A DNA stretch of 64,000 bases from Candidatus Zixiibacteriota bacterium (GCA_029932605.1 JAOZPT010000002.1:39644-103643), one strand, 5' to 3'; shown: positions 1 through 10,820, counted from the first letter of the stretch. A program made the numbers and translations. Notes: a model not told the origin generated them from the sequence alone.

Positions 1-2212
1 GGTCAGCGTCGATATAAGCGATATCGGGACCAATATTAGTTATAGTTGATGCAAATGTCATTTTCCTATTCATACTATATAAGATGCCACCATCCACGGC
101 AAAAGAAAAACCAACTCCCTTGCCTTTCTCCATGATAGCACCGACATCGGCAAGATGGGAATTTATATATCTTGCGGATAAGCCAGCAGACATATTTTTT
201 GCCAATTTCGTTCCATAAGATAGTGTAATGGCCAAATCGTAGGAGTTAAACTGGCCAATAACCGTGCCAACTTCATCAGTCCGATCCTGCCGACCATACG
301 ACATAAAGGTTATGCCCAAGCCAAAAGTCCCCCATTCACTGCTGGGATAGACGATGGAGAAGAAATCATAGTAAAGGTCTTTTGCAAGTTGAACCAAATA
401 ATTCGAATGCATGAAAGTAATCTGTCTTACAGCATGAGCAAGAATATATACCTTGTCGTCCGTGGCAAACCACATCTCTCCCGATTCGGTTTTTATCGTA
501 TGGGTCGGGGTTTTAGCAAGCTCTGGCTTGGAGAATCTGCTCCAGAGGCCATCGTTATATTCAACCACACCATAGGCGGTGCCTATATAGGCTTTCTTTG
601 AAGAATGTACAGCTATGGAAAGAATCGGAGCACCAAGAGCATTGGCATAAACCATGACACTCCGCCCCTGGTCTATCATTTCCCCTTCCTCAAGATTGTT
701 GTATTCCCTGATTAGTCTGGCAAGATGTTGGACTTTTTCTGGGGAAATTCCGGGTAAAAACTCCTTGGCAATTTCCTCTGCAGAAATCATTTTTTCAGGT
801 TTATATTCCTTATAGCCGAAGTGAAAGAATGTTTTACCGTTAAAAAAGATAACTCCCTTTTGGGTTCCTATCCAAACATTTTTATCTTTGGCTGCCAGTG
901 AAAGAATTTTACCTTTAAAAGCCAATCTGAAGGGGAGTTTAATCTTCTGACCAACCGTTAAATCCCCTTGAATACCGTTAAAACTCATTATCTCGCTTTT
1001 AATACCCTCTAAATCAATTACAGCCATTGCCCGATAGAAAATATTTATGATGTTATCGATATCCTCGCCAACCGTGACCTCATGCTCAACATAGTTCCGC
1101 CACTCATGGCCATCATAGTAGAAAAGGTCATTTTCATAAGCTGCCCAGATGTTGCGATCATTGGTTGCTGCAATATTAGTAATGTAACCCGATGGAGGAT
1201 TTTGCTTGGAAGAATATTTTTTGATCTTGACCCCGTTAAAGTAAACAACCCCTTTAGCGGTGCCAATAACAATGCTTTTCCTTCCTATCCGGCCCAAAGC
1301 CGTGATCTTTAAGGAAGGCAAACTATCCTCTAAACCATACGATTTCCATCTATTCCGCCTGGGATCAAAACGATAGAAACCGTTATCGGTACCGGTATAC
1401 AACATACCGCCATGAGATTCCAAACAATTAATTTTTGAACCTAAGATCAAGTCGTAAGGTATCTCGATTTTATTTATTGACCTTTTCCTGATCGCCTGGT
1501 CAAAACCAAAAGCAATCTTGTCAAGCTCCAAATTTGTCATAAGGCTATCGGTTAACCCTTCACGTATTATCTTCTCAAGCGCATTAAAACCATCCCTATC
1601 TATCTTAAGATCATTCCAGGCGTTTCTAAGCTTATCAAAACCAAAAGATATTTCCTCTGAATACTGGTAATCATCGGGGATAAATGGTTGAAGTATTTGT
1701 TGAAGAGTGTCTATTTTTTCGATCGGGATGTCGTTGTTCAATCTGGTAAGTTTGTCATAATAGTTTTTAATCTGCTCCTCTTCCAACCCTGTATAGCGAA
1801 GCAGTATATTTTTTATCGTTTTCCCTTCCTCTAACGTATGAGTAGTTCCCCTTTTCCATGACTCTCCATTCCATCGTGATATATGTCCATTAATGATAGC
1901 CCAGACATCATACTGGCGGTAGTTAACCTCAGGAATATCGTTTTTAACGAGAGCGATATTCTCAATTTTTTCTCCCTTATCGGTGCGAATCTCAATCCAG
2001 CTTGGTGATAAAGGATACCTGCCCAAACCAGCAGGATTCCAGTGGGTTGCTGTGGCATCATCCGAAATAGCGACAAACGTTTCCCCCATACCGCCGGCTC
2101 TGGCTCCGGGAGCAATAAGCAGAAACGGCACCGCGGTTTGAGAAACCTGGCCAAAGACACTTATAACTAATATTGCTATCATTATTGGTACCCATGCCAG
2201 CACCTTTTTCAT
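1..2212 (-). CDS. porV: PorV/PorQ-family T9SS outer-membrane protein with a large beta-propeller-containing insertion (3' end outside the window)
   Basis: Absent from the ORF track, consistent with no stop inside the window. ATG at 2212 after GGAGG gives a signal peptide MKKVLAWVPIMIAIL..., then AVPFLLIAPGARAGGMGE...HWNPAGLG. The C-terminal part reads FNSYDLAITLSYG...FAVDGGILY...TNIGPDIAYID. The frame was spot-checked as consistent at ~2, ~540 and ~1270. Lies directly downstream of porU. Confidence 0.8.
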   Translation of the reverse strand, partial: MKKVLAWVPIMIAILVISVFGQVSQTAVPFLLIAPGARAGGMGETFVAISDDATATHWNPAGLGRYPLSPSWIEIRTDKGEKIENIALVKNDIPEVNYRQYDVWAIINGHISRWNGESWKRGTTHTLEEGKTIKNILLRYTGLEEEQIKNYYDKLTRLNNDIPIEKIDTLQQILQPFIPDDYQYSEEISFGFDKLRNAWNDLKIDRDGFNALEKIIREGLTDSLMTNLELDKIAFGFDQAIRKRSINKIEIPYDLILGSKINCLESHGGMLYTGTDNGFYRFDPRRNRWKSYGLEDSLPSLKITALGRIGRKSIVIGTAKGVVYFNGVKIKKYSSKQNPPSGYITNIAATNDRNIWAAYENDLFYYDGHEWRNYVEHEVTVGEDIDNIINIFYRAMAVIDLEGIKSEIMSFNGIQGDLTVGQKIKLPFRLAFKGKILSLAAKDKNVWIGTQKGVIFFNGKTFFHFGYKEYKPEKMISAEEIAKEFLPGISPEKVQHLARLIREYNNLEEGEMIDQGRSVMVYANALGAPILSIAVHSSKKAYIGTAYGVVEYNDGLWSRFSKPELAKTPTHTIKTESGEMWFATDDKVYILAHAVRQITFMHSNYLVQLAKDLYYDFFSIVYPSSEWGTFGLGITFMSYGRQDRTDEVGTVIGQFNSYDLAITLSYGTKLAKNMSAGLSARYINSHLADVGAIMEKGKGVGFSFAVDGGILYSMNRKMTFASTITNIGPDIAYIDAD

Positions 2213-2356
2213 ATTATCCTCCAAAGCTAATTAACCACTTCATTAATTTATCGTCAACAAAATGCTCGTTAAAAGCTTAAAACCTGTATCTTCTTTTTAC
2301 AACCTTGCTCAAGCCAATATTGTCAATTTAATATTTTAAATCAACCCTTTTAACCA

Positions 2357-5300
2357 CTAACGCAAAATCACTAATTTCGACTGAAAACTCGACTTCCTGC
2401 GAACGCCATCAACACCTGTACCGATTGCCTCAATTTTATAGATATAAACTCCGCTGGCAAGTTTATCACCATCATCATCCCTAAGATAGTAAGGAACATA
2501 TTTGTATCCCCCGGTGGTGTATGTCGTTCCGGTCAAATCGAAACTTTTAACTTTCCTTCCCGATAAGGAAAATATCTTAAGCGATACTTTTTCGGCGGAA
2601 CCGGTCAGCATATATTGAAAAACGGTCGAGTCAGCTCTGACAACAGGGTTGGGATAGTTCATCACTCTCTGTATAGAGAAATACTCATCCTGGTATACCC
2701 GGATAACTGCTGTAAACAGGGAGGAGTTATTGTAATTGTCCCAGGCTTTTAATGAAATTTGATGTTCGCCCTCAGGGATATCCGATATCTCAAAAGTTGC
2801 CGAGCCCTGTTGCCAATCCCCCTTATCGAATATGAAATTATTTGTGATATCCTCTGAATAAATATCACCATCATCCAATTTCACCACAATTCCATGCCCC
2901 ATTGAACCGGTCATATTGATACCATGGAGGTCAAATAAACGGGTTTCAAACACGGCATTAGCAGAGACAGCGGTTAGACCACTGTTCAACATCTTACCGT
3001 TATATAAAATCTCTATGGTTGGACCGATAGAATCGGCCTCGGCAGAAATCCCGCCAGCGATTGATATCGAATCTACAACCCCCGAACCATCTACAAAACC
3101 GTTCTCGAAATAAACATAAATTCTGGCTCTGCTTCCGCCATAGGTGATATCCTTGGGTATAAAAAACGATGTCGAGAACTGGCCATTGCTGACCTCGGCT
3201 GGACCGTTGAAAATAGTTGGCCCGGGAAGAATGTAATCAACATATATCGGCGGATATAAGGGAACACCGGCGTAATTAGTCAAGGCTTTATGCCTGTTAA
3301 TTAAAGCATCTTTGACAAGCACCCAGACAGTGCCGTTGAAATCTGACATAAACAAACTATCCTGATAGATCTCGCCGGATATAGAATCAATTGTTAAACC
3401 CCTTAAGGAATCCGGCCTGTAGGTAAAATGCGCTTCAAGCGAGGGTTTTCCAGCAATCAATGCCGGATCGCTAAAAATTACATATCCCCTATCGTTGTCA
3501 ATACTGCCTCTGAGAAACTTTGCTATATAAAGTGCCCCACCAAAAGATGTTGAATCACCGAACAACAGTTGATCAAATATCTCCCTATTTAAAGCGGAGT
3601 TTTGTCCAGCATTGACCGGCCTTGTGGCTCCGATAGAGGCGATAGCCCCGCCGTTGGGGTAACGAATAAAATCCTCGGACATCCCCTGTTCATTGGGGTC
3701 ATCGAAAAACCCGACCGAACATGAAGCGGCTAATATCATAGGCAGTTTATCATGATTGTGAAGGAGTGGTATATCTTCAATCCTTCTAAATAAAATCTCA
3801 TGAGCCCACAATCCTTTGTTGCCATGACCGATCCAGTTGACTATCAGTCCACCATTATTAATAGCACTAATAAGAGCCTCTCTGGCATCAGGTTTTGTCC
3901 TGCCGGCGCGAATTGGATACTCCAGCATATAAATTTTTTGCACCTCGATATTTTTGGGCACATGTAATTCAGCTAAAGCTTCGGCTTGATTTGTATGGAA
4001 CGCCTCTCTCATACCATCACCAAAATTGTCATCAGCGGCGATGATGATGTTATTGCGCCACTTTCCTATAGTCGGATTGGATTCATAGTTGATAATTTTC
4101 TCGACAACAATATCCATCTGGTCAGTACTGTTCACCGGTATGCGACCAATTATCATATCTATACTGCCGGAATCATCATAGTCCAAATCACCAAACTGAC
4201 CAAAATAGATATAATTATCATCGGAAGCTGAGGCTGTTGTACTGTTGGGTTTGGGGGCTTCAAACGGTGGTATGAACATTCCCCCGCTTGAGCCAAGATT
4301 GTTTCGGTAATCGAAATGCCCATCACCTACCAGCATTACATACCCCGGTGGTGCACCGCTCCAGTTTTCATAGGCGTATTTCAAGAAATCTCTTATGGCC
4401 ATCGGATCAAACAAACCCCAGCTAAACTGATTATATATATCTTCAATATCCACCACCATAGCGGTTATACCAGGAGAAACACTTTCCCTATGAGCAGCCA
4501 GCTCCAGCGACTGCTGATAGAATTGCCCATGGGTGATGATTATGTAATCAGCCCTGTTCGAGGCCGATTTCAGATCAACAGGTTCATAAAGGTCAAAACT
4601 GCTGACCGTCTTATAACGTGATGAATTAGCAAGATAATACAAACGCCTCAAGTAGTTATAATGTTGAAATCTCAATTCAGAACCAGATAATTCAGCATTG
4701 ACAATCAGGCAGACACTGTCAGGATATGAGATATCAAGAAGTATGTAATCCGAAGGAACATTGGTTAACCTGTATTCTATCAAACCCGGAGAATCAGGGC
4801 TTGAAAACATAAGTTTATTGTCTAATACATACAGTAAACGGTTGTAGTGAACATCGATATAATCAAGGTAAAATTTGGCAGTATCAGTAACCGATATTAT
4901 ATTAAAACCACTCCTAAAATTTGTAGAATTATAAAGAAAGATACCATTGTAACTCGATATCAATCCAGCCTCGACATTATTTACCAAAAGATTTTTCATT
5001 CCTCCACTTGCTTTAACTACAACCAGCGCTTCACTGCCAGTCACAACATCGAACAGTTGAACATTCGATGTGAAAGTCGTATCCCAACCCCAGTACCATT
5101 CGAAATAATTATAGTAATCAGTGCTTGTACCCTTTTGATAAAATTTAACTTCCCTTTCTTCATGTATAAAGTCGTCAAAACTTGTCACAGCATAATCGTA
5201 CGGTTCCTGAGGCGAACCATCAACTTCAGCCCATCTTTTAGGAGAAGAGGCAAAAGAACCGTTATATGTTAACCAGTAGACGTTCTTCGAGGTATAATGG

Positions 5301-6325
5301 TTATGCCGAAAAACAAACCTACTATCATCAGGGCTGTATTCGAACCTGTCGGTAGCTTCGGCATAAAACAGTATCTGGTCTCCACCGTCAAATTCGCCAT
5401 CATCCTCCCCTATTACATGAATTGGTATCTCGTACAGTTGGGGTCTTGGTTCATCGTTGTCAAACGGTAACTCGGCTCCCCCCCCGTAAAATATTCTTAT
5501 CTGTCGGGGGTCAACCTCATCGATCTCAACTCCAGCAGTTGAGAGTTCATAACGACCGATTTTATAAACTCCAGCATCGGTCACCTCAAGTTTTACCCAA
5601 ACCAACGATGAATCGAAAACAGATTGACTTATCTGGGTTTTTGAGGGAATCGGTGGCCAATAGATACGCCAGTTTTTAGCTATATCATAATTGGCTATTA
5701 TCCGAGGAAGAATGTTTTCGAATACCTGACCAACTGGCCGCGGAGGATAATAACCACCTTTTTTCGCGCTGTTAAAATCAACCCTTACCGTTATGGTTTC
5801 ACCTTTATATAACATTCCATTTTCTATCTTAGCTGCCGCTATTCCGATTTTTATGACTCTTAAACCGCGTAACATCTCTTCTCCGAAGATAAAGGCGGTA
5901 TGTAAAGGCCAGTTTTTCTCAGATGTGATCCGGTTAGAGGCCCTGGATGAATAATCCTGCGAAGGTAATTCAACATCAAAATTGGGAACATCCGATTTTC
6001 CAATGTTATTGTAATGTTGGCTTAAGACTGTTACTGTTGGCTTAGAATCATAGGGAACACCTATCGGAATAAACTTTAAAGGCAAAAGAGGTTGACCCTG
6101 ACAACGATTTTGTGCAGTCCGGGATATCTGTGGATATTTGAAATTTTCAGGATAACCGTTAATACTGGTCAGAACGACATCGGGAACAAAATATGTAAAC
6201 GTAATTCCATTTTCATCAGAAACCAATATCTTTACGTCACTATCAAATATCTTTTCAGCTTGAGCAAAATTAAAGAATACAATTAATAAAAAAGTGGTAA
6301 TTATCGCATTTAAGGCGAGCCTCAT
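2357..6325 (-). CDS. porU: Type IX secretion system sortase PorU (peptidase C25/gingipain family) with C-terminal CTD
   Basis: Signal peptide, C25 motifs (YVMLVGDGHFDY, IIGRIP, NWIGHG, AASCSVG), KAWDNYNNSS, and C-terminal NYPNP...LASGVYIYKI...KLVILR. AGGAGGAG SD precedes the ATG at 6325. Confidence 0.9.
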   Translation of the reverse strand: MRLALNAIITTFLLIVFFNFAQAEKIFDSDVKILVSDENGITFTYFVPDVVLTSINGYPENFKYPQISRTAQNRCQGQPLLPLKFIPIGVPYDSKPTVTVLSQHYNNIGKSDVPNFDVELPSQDYSSRASNRITSEKNWPLHTAFIFGEEMLRGLRVIKIGIAAAKIENGMLYKGETITVRVDFNSAKKGGYYPPRPVGQVFENILPRIIANYDIAKNWRIYWPPIPSKTQISQSVFDSSLVWVKLEVTDAGVYKIGRYELSTAGVEIDEVDPRQIRIFYGGGAELPFDNDEPRPQLYEIPIHVIGEDDGEFDGGDQILFYAEATDRFEYSPDDSRFVFRHNHYTSKNVYWLTYNGSFASSPKRWAEVDGSPQEPYDYAVTSFDDFIHEEREVKFYQKGTSTDYYNYFEWYWGWDTTFTSNVQLFDVVTGSEALVVVKASGGMKNLLVNNVEAGLISSYNGIFLYNSTNFRSGFNIISVTDTAKFYLDYIDVHYNRLLYVLDNKLMFSSPDSPGLIEYRLTNVPSDYILLDISYPDSVCLIVNAELSGSELRFQHYNYLRRLYYLANSSRYKTVSSFDLYEPVDLKSASNRADYIIITHGQFYQQSLELAAHRESVSPGITAMVVDIEDIYNQFSWGLFDPMAIRDFLKYAYENWSGAPPGYVMLVGDGHFDYRNNLGSSGGMFIPPFEAPKPNSTTASASDDNYIYFGQFGDLDYDDSGSIDMIIGRIPVNSTDQMDIVVEKIINYESNPTIGKWRNNIIIAADDNFGDGMREAFHTNQAEALAELHVPKNIEVQKIYMLEYPIRAGRTKPDAREALISAINNGGLIVNWIGHGNKGLWAHEILFRRIEDIPLLHNHDKLPMILAASCSVGFFDDPNEQGMSEDFIRYPNGGAIASIGATRPVNAGQNSALNREIFDQLLFGDSTSFGGALYIAKFLRGSIDNDRGYVIFSDPALIAGKPSLEAHFTYRPDSLRGLTIDSISGEIYQDSLFMSDFNGTVWVLVKDALINRHKALTNYAGVPLYPPIYVDYILPGPTIFNGPAEVSNGQFSTSFFIPKDITYGGSRARIYVYFENGFVDGSGVVDSISIAGGISAEADSIGPTIEILYNGKMLNSGLTAVSANAVFETRLFDLHGINMTGSMGHGIVVKLDDGDIYSEDITNNFIFDKGDWQQGSATFEISDIPEGEHQISLKAWDNYNNSSLFTAVIRVYQDEYFSIQRVMNYPNPVVRADSTVFQYMLTGSAEKVSLKIFSLSGRKVKSFDLTGTTYTTGGYKYVPYYLRDDDGDKLASGVYIYKIEAIGTGVDGVRRKSSFQSKLVILR

Positions 6326-6508
6326 CAACTCCTCCTGTTCAGCCCGGAAATAACCGTATAAACCCGGACAATTTTATCTGGCCCAAAGGGCACTCCTCCT
6401 CAATTATTAATTCGGCACATCTGCCATAAACCCTTTAGCCAGTTGCGATAAAAAACCTTCCTTTTAATGAATAATAAATGGTTTAAATTTAAAGTCAAGT
6501 TTTTTTGC

Positions 6509-7588
6509 TTATCCTCCAATATGTTCATTCAAAAACGATGCCGAGCCCTCTGCCCTGAAAGCCCTTATGAAATCACACGCTGTCCGGTAAGACTCATCTA
6601 TTATAGATTTAACGTTTTCGGATGGAATATCATCTATCTCTTTCTTAAAAGGTTTTGTTGCCATTTTAATATTTTTACCTTCAGTCTTCGCCCATTGTTT
6701 CATGCGAGACATCAAATCTGCGGGTAAATGTTTATGGGCGATATTTTGCCAGTGGGTGCCGACATTCCCCTTGCGAATACCATATTCAGCAAATTTCCCA
6801 ACTATGTTTAAAGGTGTACCGGTAATGCCATGTTGAGCGATACGGATATCATGTTTTTTAATTGCCTGATAGATCTCACCGGTTCGGTTTAAATCGATAT
6901 TTATTTTCTCTCCCTCAAGGTAATTACCGTGCTTGGAACCGTTGTTAATAGCCAGAAGATTAGGATGTATCCCGTTGTCAAGCAAAGCCGAGATAAAAGA
7001 TGTCGCCTCTTCCACCGTGGTGATTTCAGCTGTTTGTCCAGCCGATTTGATCTCGCCAACCTCAACCTCAAGACCCCATCCTGCCTCAACTATGGGTTTG
7101 GCAAGCATGGAAGTTATATGAACATTATCGTCATGTTCATTGAACGAAGCGTCAATAGCAAATGAAGTATAACCCGCTTTAAGCTCCTCTGCAACCAAAA
7201 CCTTACCCGCTTCTATCTCGTCGTTGCTCGTGTTCTTGACGGTAATATGGTCACCATGTATGTAAAATGGCATCTCAAAACCGGTTTGTTCAGCATAATC
7301 AATCAATGTTTCAAAGAAGATACGCGGTGTCATACCTGTGTAACCACCATCGATATTCCCCTCGCTTTTAGCAAGCTCGAAACCAACGATTGCATCCAAC
7401 TCCTGAGCCGCCTTCATAATGCCGGGAATTGCATGTTTAATACGAGTATTGCAGGCCATCATTATCATTTGATGGTCGCGGACCGTATGAAAAATATCCC
7501 GTCCATTCAAAAGACAAACTTTACTTTTAGCCCCCAGTTTAGCCTTGATAGAATCAGGCCTTCTTTCAAGTAATTTAAGATAAGCCAT
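6509..7588 (-). CDS. fba: Class II fructose-bisphosphate aldolase
   Basis: HGDH metal motif, SFAIDAS, EVEVGEI, NGSKHG, QHGITG, KGNVGT. Confidence 0.85.
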   Translation of the reverse strand: MAYLKLLERRPDSIKAKLGAKSKVCLLNGRDIFHTVRDHQMIMMACNTRIKHAIPGIMKAAQELDAIVGFELAKSEGNIDGGYTGMTPRIFFETLIDYAEQTGFEMPFYIHGDHITVKNTSNDEIEAGKVLVAEELKAGYTSFAIDASFNEHDDNVHITSMLAKPIVEAGWGLEVEVGEIKSAGQTAEITTVEEATSFISALLDNGIHPNLLAINNGSKHGNYLEGEKINIDLNRTGEIYQAIKKHDIRIAQHGITGTPLNIVGKFAEYGIRKGNVGTHWQNIAHKHLPADLMSRMKQWAKTEGKNIKMATKPFKKEIDDIPSENVKSIIDESYRTACDFIRAFRAEGSASFLNEHIGG

Positions 7589-7633
7589 ATCTAACTCCTT
7601 TTAACTTTTCAATAATTGCCATAGTTCCAACAT

Positions 7634-8311
7634 CTATTTGAACATCCAGGTGATGATAGCGGCTAAAGGTAATGCCAGAATCAAATTGCCAACTTTTATT
7701 TTGGACAAGCCAAGGAGGTTAATAGCTATGCCAAGAATCATTACTCCACCGGTAGCTGATATCTCGGTCACTATTGCATCGCTTAAAGCTGTTTGAAAAT
7801 ACTTTGCCATAAATGTCAACGCTCCCTGGTAAACAAAAACAACCAATGCTGAAAAAATTACACCTGGACCCAATGTCGCCGATAGCGCCATCGAGGAAAA
7901 ACCATCCATTACCGATTTAATATATATAAGTTCCCCCCTATTGTAAAGACCATCCTCAAACGAACCAACGATCGTCATAGGACCAACACAAAAAAGTAAT
8001 AAGGCGGTGATAAAACCCAAAACAAAATCCTGCCTTGATGAACCAACCCTTTTTTTGAGACTCTCTCCAACTTTTTCTAATTTCTCCTCAATTTCCAACC
8101 ACTGGCCTATAATACCGCCTATTACCAATGATACCACAACAATCAAAGCGTTTTCCGTCTTTATAGCCATCTTAACACCTATTAAAACCGTAACCAACCC
8201 CAGAGAGATTAGAATTATGCGCTTGTATTTCTCTTTAAGTTTAGTGCCAGCTAAAAGCCCTATTGAAGAGCCAACCAGGACGGTGCTTGTATTTACCAAA
8301 AACCCAATCAT
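7634..8311 (-). CDS. DUF554 (YdfK-like) membrane protein
   Basis: Multi-TM protein with LFCVGPMTIVGS, KSVMDG and YQGALT signatures. Confidence 0.85.
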   Translation of the reverse strand: MIGFLVNTSTVLVGSSIGLLAGTKLKEKYKRIILISLGLVTVLIGVKMAIKTENALIVVVSLVIGGIIGQWLEIEEKLEKVGESLKKRVGSSRQDFVLGFITALLLFCVGPMTIVGSFEDGLYNRGELIYIKSVMDGFSSMALSATLGPGVIFSALVVFVYQGALTFMAKYFQTALSDAIVTEISATGGVMILGIAINLLGLSKIKVGNLILALPLAAIITWMFK

Positions 8312-8432
8312 AGTAAGATAGATTGTTATATAATATTAGGGTAGTTTATTGGCAAGGTAAAAGATTTAACCGGGTTGCCGGGAACCTCTTCCCAAGTAAA
8401 CAGAACCCTGTCAGGAATGGGTACATACGGTA

Positions 8433-8615
8433 CTACAGGTTATTTTTTTTATTCTTTTTACCCTTATCATCCACTACCCAGCCCTCGCCAACAGCATCCT
8501 TCAAATTTCTCTTCTTTGCACTGTGTCGAGGCTTCTTGCCAATTTCACGTAATAGTGATAATGATAATCTGAATAGTAGAAGCACTGCGATTATGATTAA
8601 GATTATTCGTAGCAA
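8433..8615 (-). CDS. Small single-TM hypothetical protein
   Basis: AAGGAGA SD before a TTG start; N-terminal hydrophobic helix and basic tail; co-oriented with neighbours. Confidence 0.5.
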   Translation of the reverse strand: MLRIILIIIAVLLLFRLSLSLLREIGKKPRHSAKKRNLKDAVGEGWVVDDKGKKNKKNNL

Positions 8616-8639
8616 TTATTTCTCCTTATATAGTACGTA

Positions 8640-8663
8640 CCGTCAGGTCGCCCGACCTGACGG
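8640..8663. repeat. Perfect GC-rich palindrome (REP-like)
   Basis: CCGTCAGGTCG-CC-CGACCTGACGG, 11-bp arms, preceded by GTA. Confidence 0.6.
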
Positions 8664-8744
8664 CTTGTTTGTTAAAGTGGTCGGACGAGGTAAACCGACA
8701 GCATGTTTATCTAGGGTATCTTGTCCAATGCTTCGCTATATACT

Positions 8745-9263
8745 TTAATTACTATATGTCCCATCGACTATTTCAAAATCCCTAATTTTTAGTTCCTCCA
8801 AACTAGTTAAATCAAACCATTTTTTTCTTTCTTCTGAAACGTGTTCCACAAACATTCTAAATTTTCTAATCAGTTCCTCCAACATTTGGGAGAATTCCCA
8901 TTGTTTCAAGGCTTCTATCCTTTTATAGGTGATGTGCGCCAGGTACTTGTTTACATCATTGTGCTCTTCTATTAAGTATCTTGTTTTTTTACCTCTTTTT
9001 TCTTCCCAGCGTTTAACGTCATTAACGTAATCGATCGATAATATATCATCATCTTTATTTTTTGAAGACTTATAGAGGAAATCTATGAGGTTACGCCAAT
9101 GAATAAGAAATGACTCTATGAAAATATTTTTCAGATAAATATCGTCTTTTGCTTTAAATATCATTCTAAATGCATAATGGAGATGCCTAATTTCATATTG
9201 TAAGGTTTTCACCCCTTCTCTCAACTTCTCATCGTTACCTTTTAAGATAACTCGCTTTTTCAT
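8745..9263 (-). CDS. Hypothetical helical protein, possible HEPN/AbiU2-like
   Basis: 172 aa, visibly AT-rich, starts 6 nt after the guaA stop; motifs ESFLIHWRNLIDFL and VNKYLAHITYKR. Confidence 0.55.
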   Translation of the reverse strand: MKKRVILKGNDEKLREGVKTLQYEIRHLHYAFRMIFKAKDDIYLKNIFIESFLIHWRNLIDFLYKSSKNKDDDILSIDYVNDVKRWEEKRGKKTRYLIEEHNDVNKYLAHITYKRIEALKQWEFSQMLEELIRKFRMFVEHVSEERKKWFDLTSLEELKIRDFEIVDGTYSN

Positions 9264-9269
9264 CTCATC

Positions 9270-10820
9270 CTACTCCCACTCAATCGTCGCTGGTGGTTTA
9301 GATGATATATCATACACCACCCGGTTGATGCCTTTGACCTCGTTGATTATGCGATTGGAAACCAAGGCTAAAAAATCCTCGGGCAGCCGTGCCCAGTCAG
9401 CGGTCATGGCATCGGTGGAGGTTACCGCACGCAAGGTTACTACATTTTCATAGGTTCGTTCATCGCCCATTACACCCACGCTCTTAACCGGCAGAAGAAC
9501 ACAGAACGCCTGCCAGGTTTTGTTGTAAAGTTTGTGTCGATATAGTTCCTTAATGAATATATCATCAGCCTGTCGCAGAAGGTCTAATCTCTTTGGCGTA
9601 ACTGCTCCGATAATTCTAACTGCCAGCCCCGGTCCGGGGAATGGATGGCGCATGGTAAGACTTTTAGGAAGACCAAGTTTAGCTCCAACCATCCGAACCT
9701 CGTCTTTAAAAAGCTCTCGCAGAGGTTCCACAAGTTTTAGGTGCATCCGACTGGGAAGGCCACCTACGTTATGGTGGGATTTTATCGTCGCAGACGGCCC
9801 CTTGAATGAAACCGATTCAATCAAATCCGGATAAAGCGTTCCCTGGGCTAAGTATTTAATTTTACCAAGCTTATTTGCCTCTTTGGTAAAGACCTCTATA
9901 AAGGTGCGGCCAATTATCTTTCTTTTGCGTTCCGGGTCAGCCACACCCTGCAATCGTTTTAAAAAAAGCTTGGAGGAATCAACATATCTGAGATCCAATC
10001 TCAATTTCTCAAATGAGCTGATAACCTCCTCAGGCTCATTAAGTCGCAACAGGCCATTATTGATGAAGATACAGACGAGATTTTTGCCAACGGCTTTATG
10101 CAGGAGCATAGCCGTCACCGAAGAATCGACTCCACCGGAGAGAGCACATATCACCCTGTTATTGCCAAGGTGCTCTTTCAAATCATCTATCCGGGTTTTA
10201 ATGAACGATGTTGGAGTCCAGTTAGCTTTAGCACCGCATATATCAAATAAAAAATTAGCGATTATTTGACTGCCGTATTCGGTATGGGCTACCTCCGGAT
10301 GAAATTGCAAGGCATAAACATTCCTCGCCTTATTTTCAATGACAGCATTGGCAAGGGTTTCGGTTGAGGCTGTGGTTTTAAAACCCGGCGGAAGTTTTAT
10401 TACCGAGTCACCATGGCTCATCCAGACCTTTGATGTTTTCGGAAGGTTTTTTAAAATAGGTGAGGCTGATTTGCTACCAGCTCGAAAGCGAAGTTTAAGA
10501 ACAGCCGGGCCATACTCCCTGGTTTTTGCCCTCTTGACCTTGCCACCAAGTATATCGACAAGGTGCTGTAGACCGTAGCATATACCAAGTATCGGCAAAC
10601 CCGATTTCAGCCAGCCCGGATGGAGATGTGGAGCGTTTTCATCGTGTACCGACGATGGTCCACCTGAAAGGATTATGCCTTTGATAGACTTGTCCGGCTT
10701 CACAGCAGGTGGTGTATCATGTTGAACAAGTTCTGAAAAGACATTGTACTCGCGAACCCGCCTTGTTATAAGCTGTGAGTATTGTGAACCAAAATCCAGT
10801 ATTATTATTTTATCAACCAT
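9270..10820 (-). CDS. guaA: GMP synthase (glutamine-hydrolysing)
   Basis: [46 protein letters not shown]. Confidence 0.98.
   Translation of the reverse strand: MVDKIIILDFGSQYSQLITRRVREYNVFSELVQHDTPPAVKPDKSIKGIILSGGPSSVHDENAPHLHPGWLKSGLPILGICYGLQHLVDILGGKVKRAKTREYGPAVLKLRFRAGSKSASPILKNLPKTSKVWMSHGDSVIKLPPGFKTTASTETLANAVIENKARNVYALQFHPEVAHTEYGSQIIANFLFDICGAKANWTPTSFIKTRIDDLKEHLGNNRVICALSGGVDSSVTAMLLHKAVGKNLVCIFINNGLLRLNEPEEVISSFEKLRLDLRYVDSSKLFLKRLQGVADPERKRKIIGRTFIEVFTKEANKLGKIKYLAQGTLYPDLIESVSFKGPSATIKSHHNVGGLPSRMHLKLVEPLRELFKDEVRMVGAKLGLPKSLTMRHPFPGPGLAVRIIGAVTPKRLDLLRQADDIFIKELYRHKLYNKTWQAFCVLLPVKSVGVMGDERTYENVVTLRAVTSTDAMTADWARLPEDFLALVSNRIINEVKGINRVVYDISSKPPATIEWE

Noticed and set aside
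389..2160. Short tracked ORFs at 389-601, 1045-1272, 1082-1312 and 1831-2160
   Set aside because: All overlap the long untracked porV-like frame and are off-frame or antisense shadows.
6329..6450. Second GAGGAGG SD and short uORFs in the porU leader
   Set aside because: Several competing tiny frames with GTG/TTG starts and no distinctive peptide or structure; cannot be supported.
8835..8850. parS-like site for the orphan ParA
   Set aside because: TGAAACGTGTTCCACA does not match the TGTTNCACGTGAAACA palindrome and lies within a CDS.
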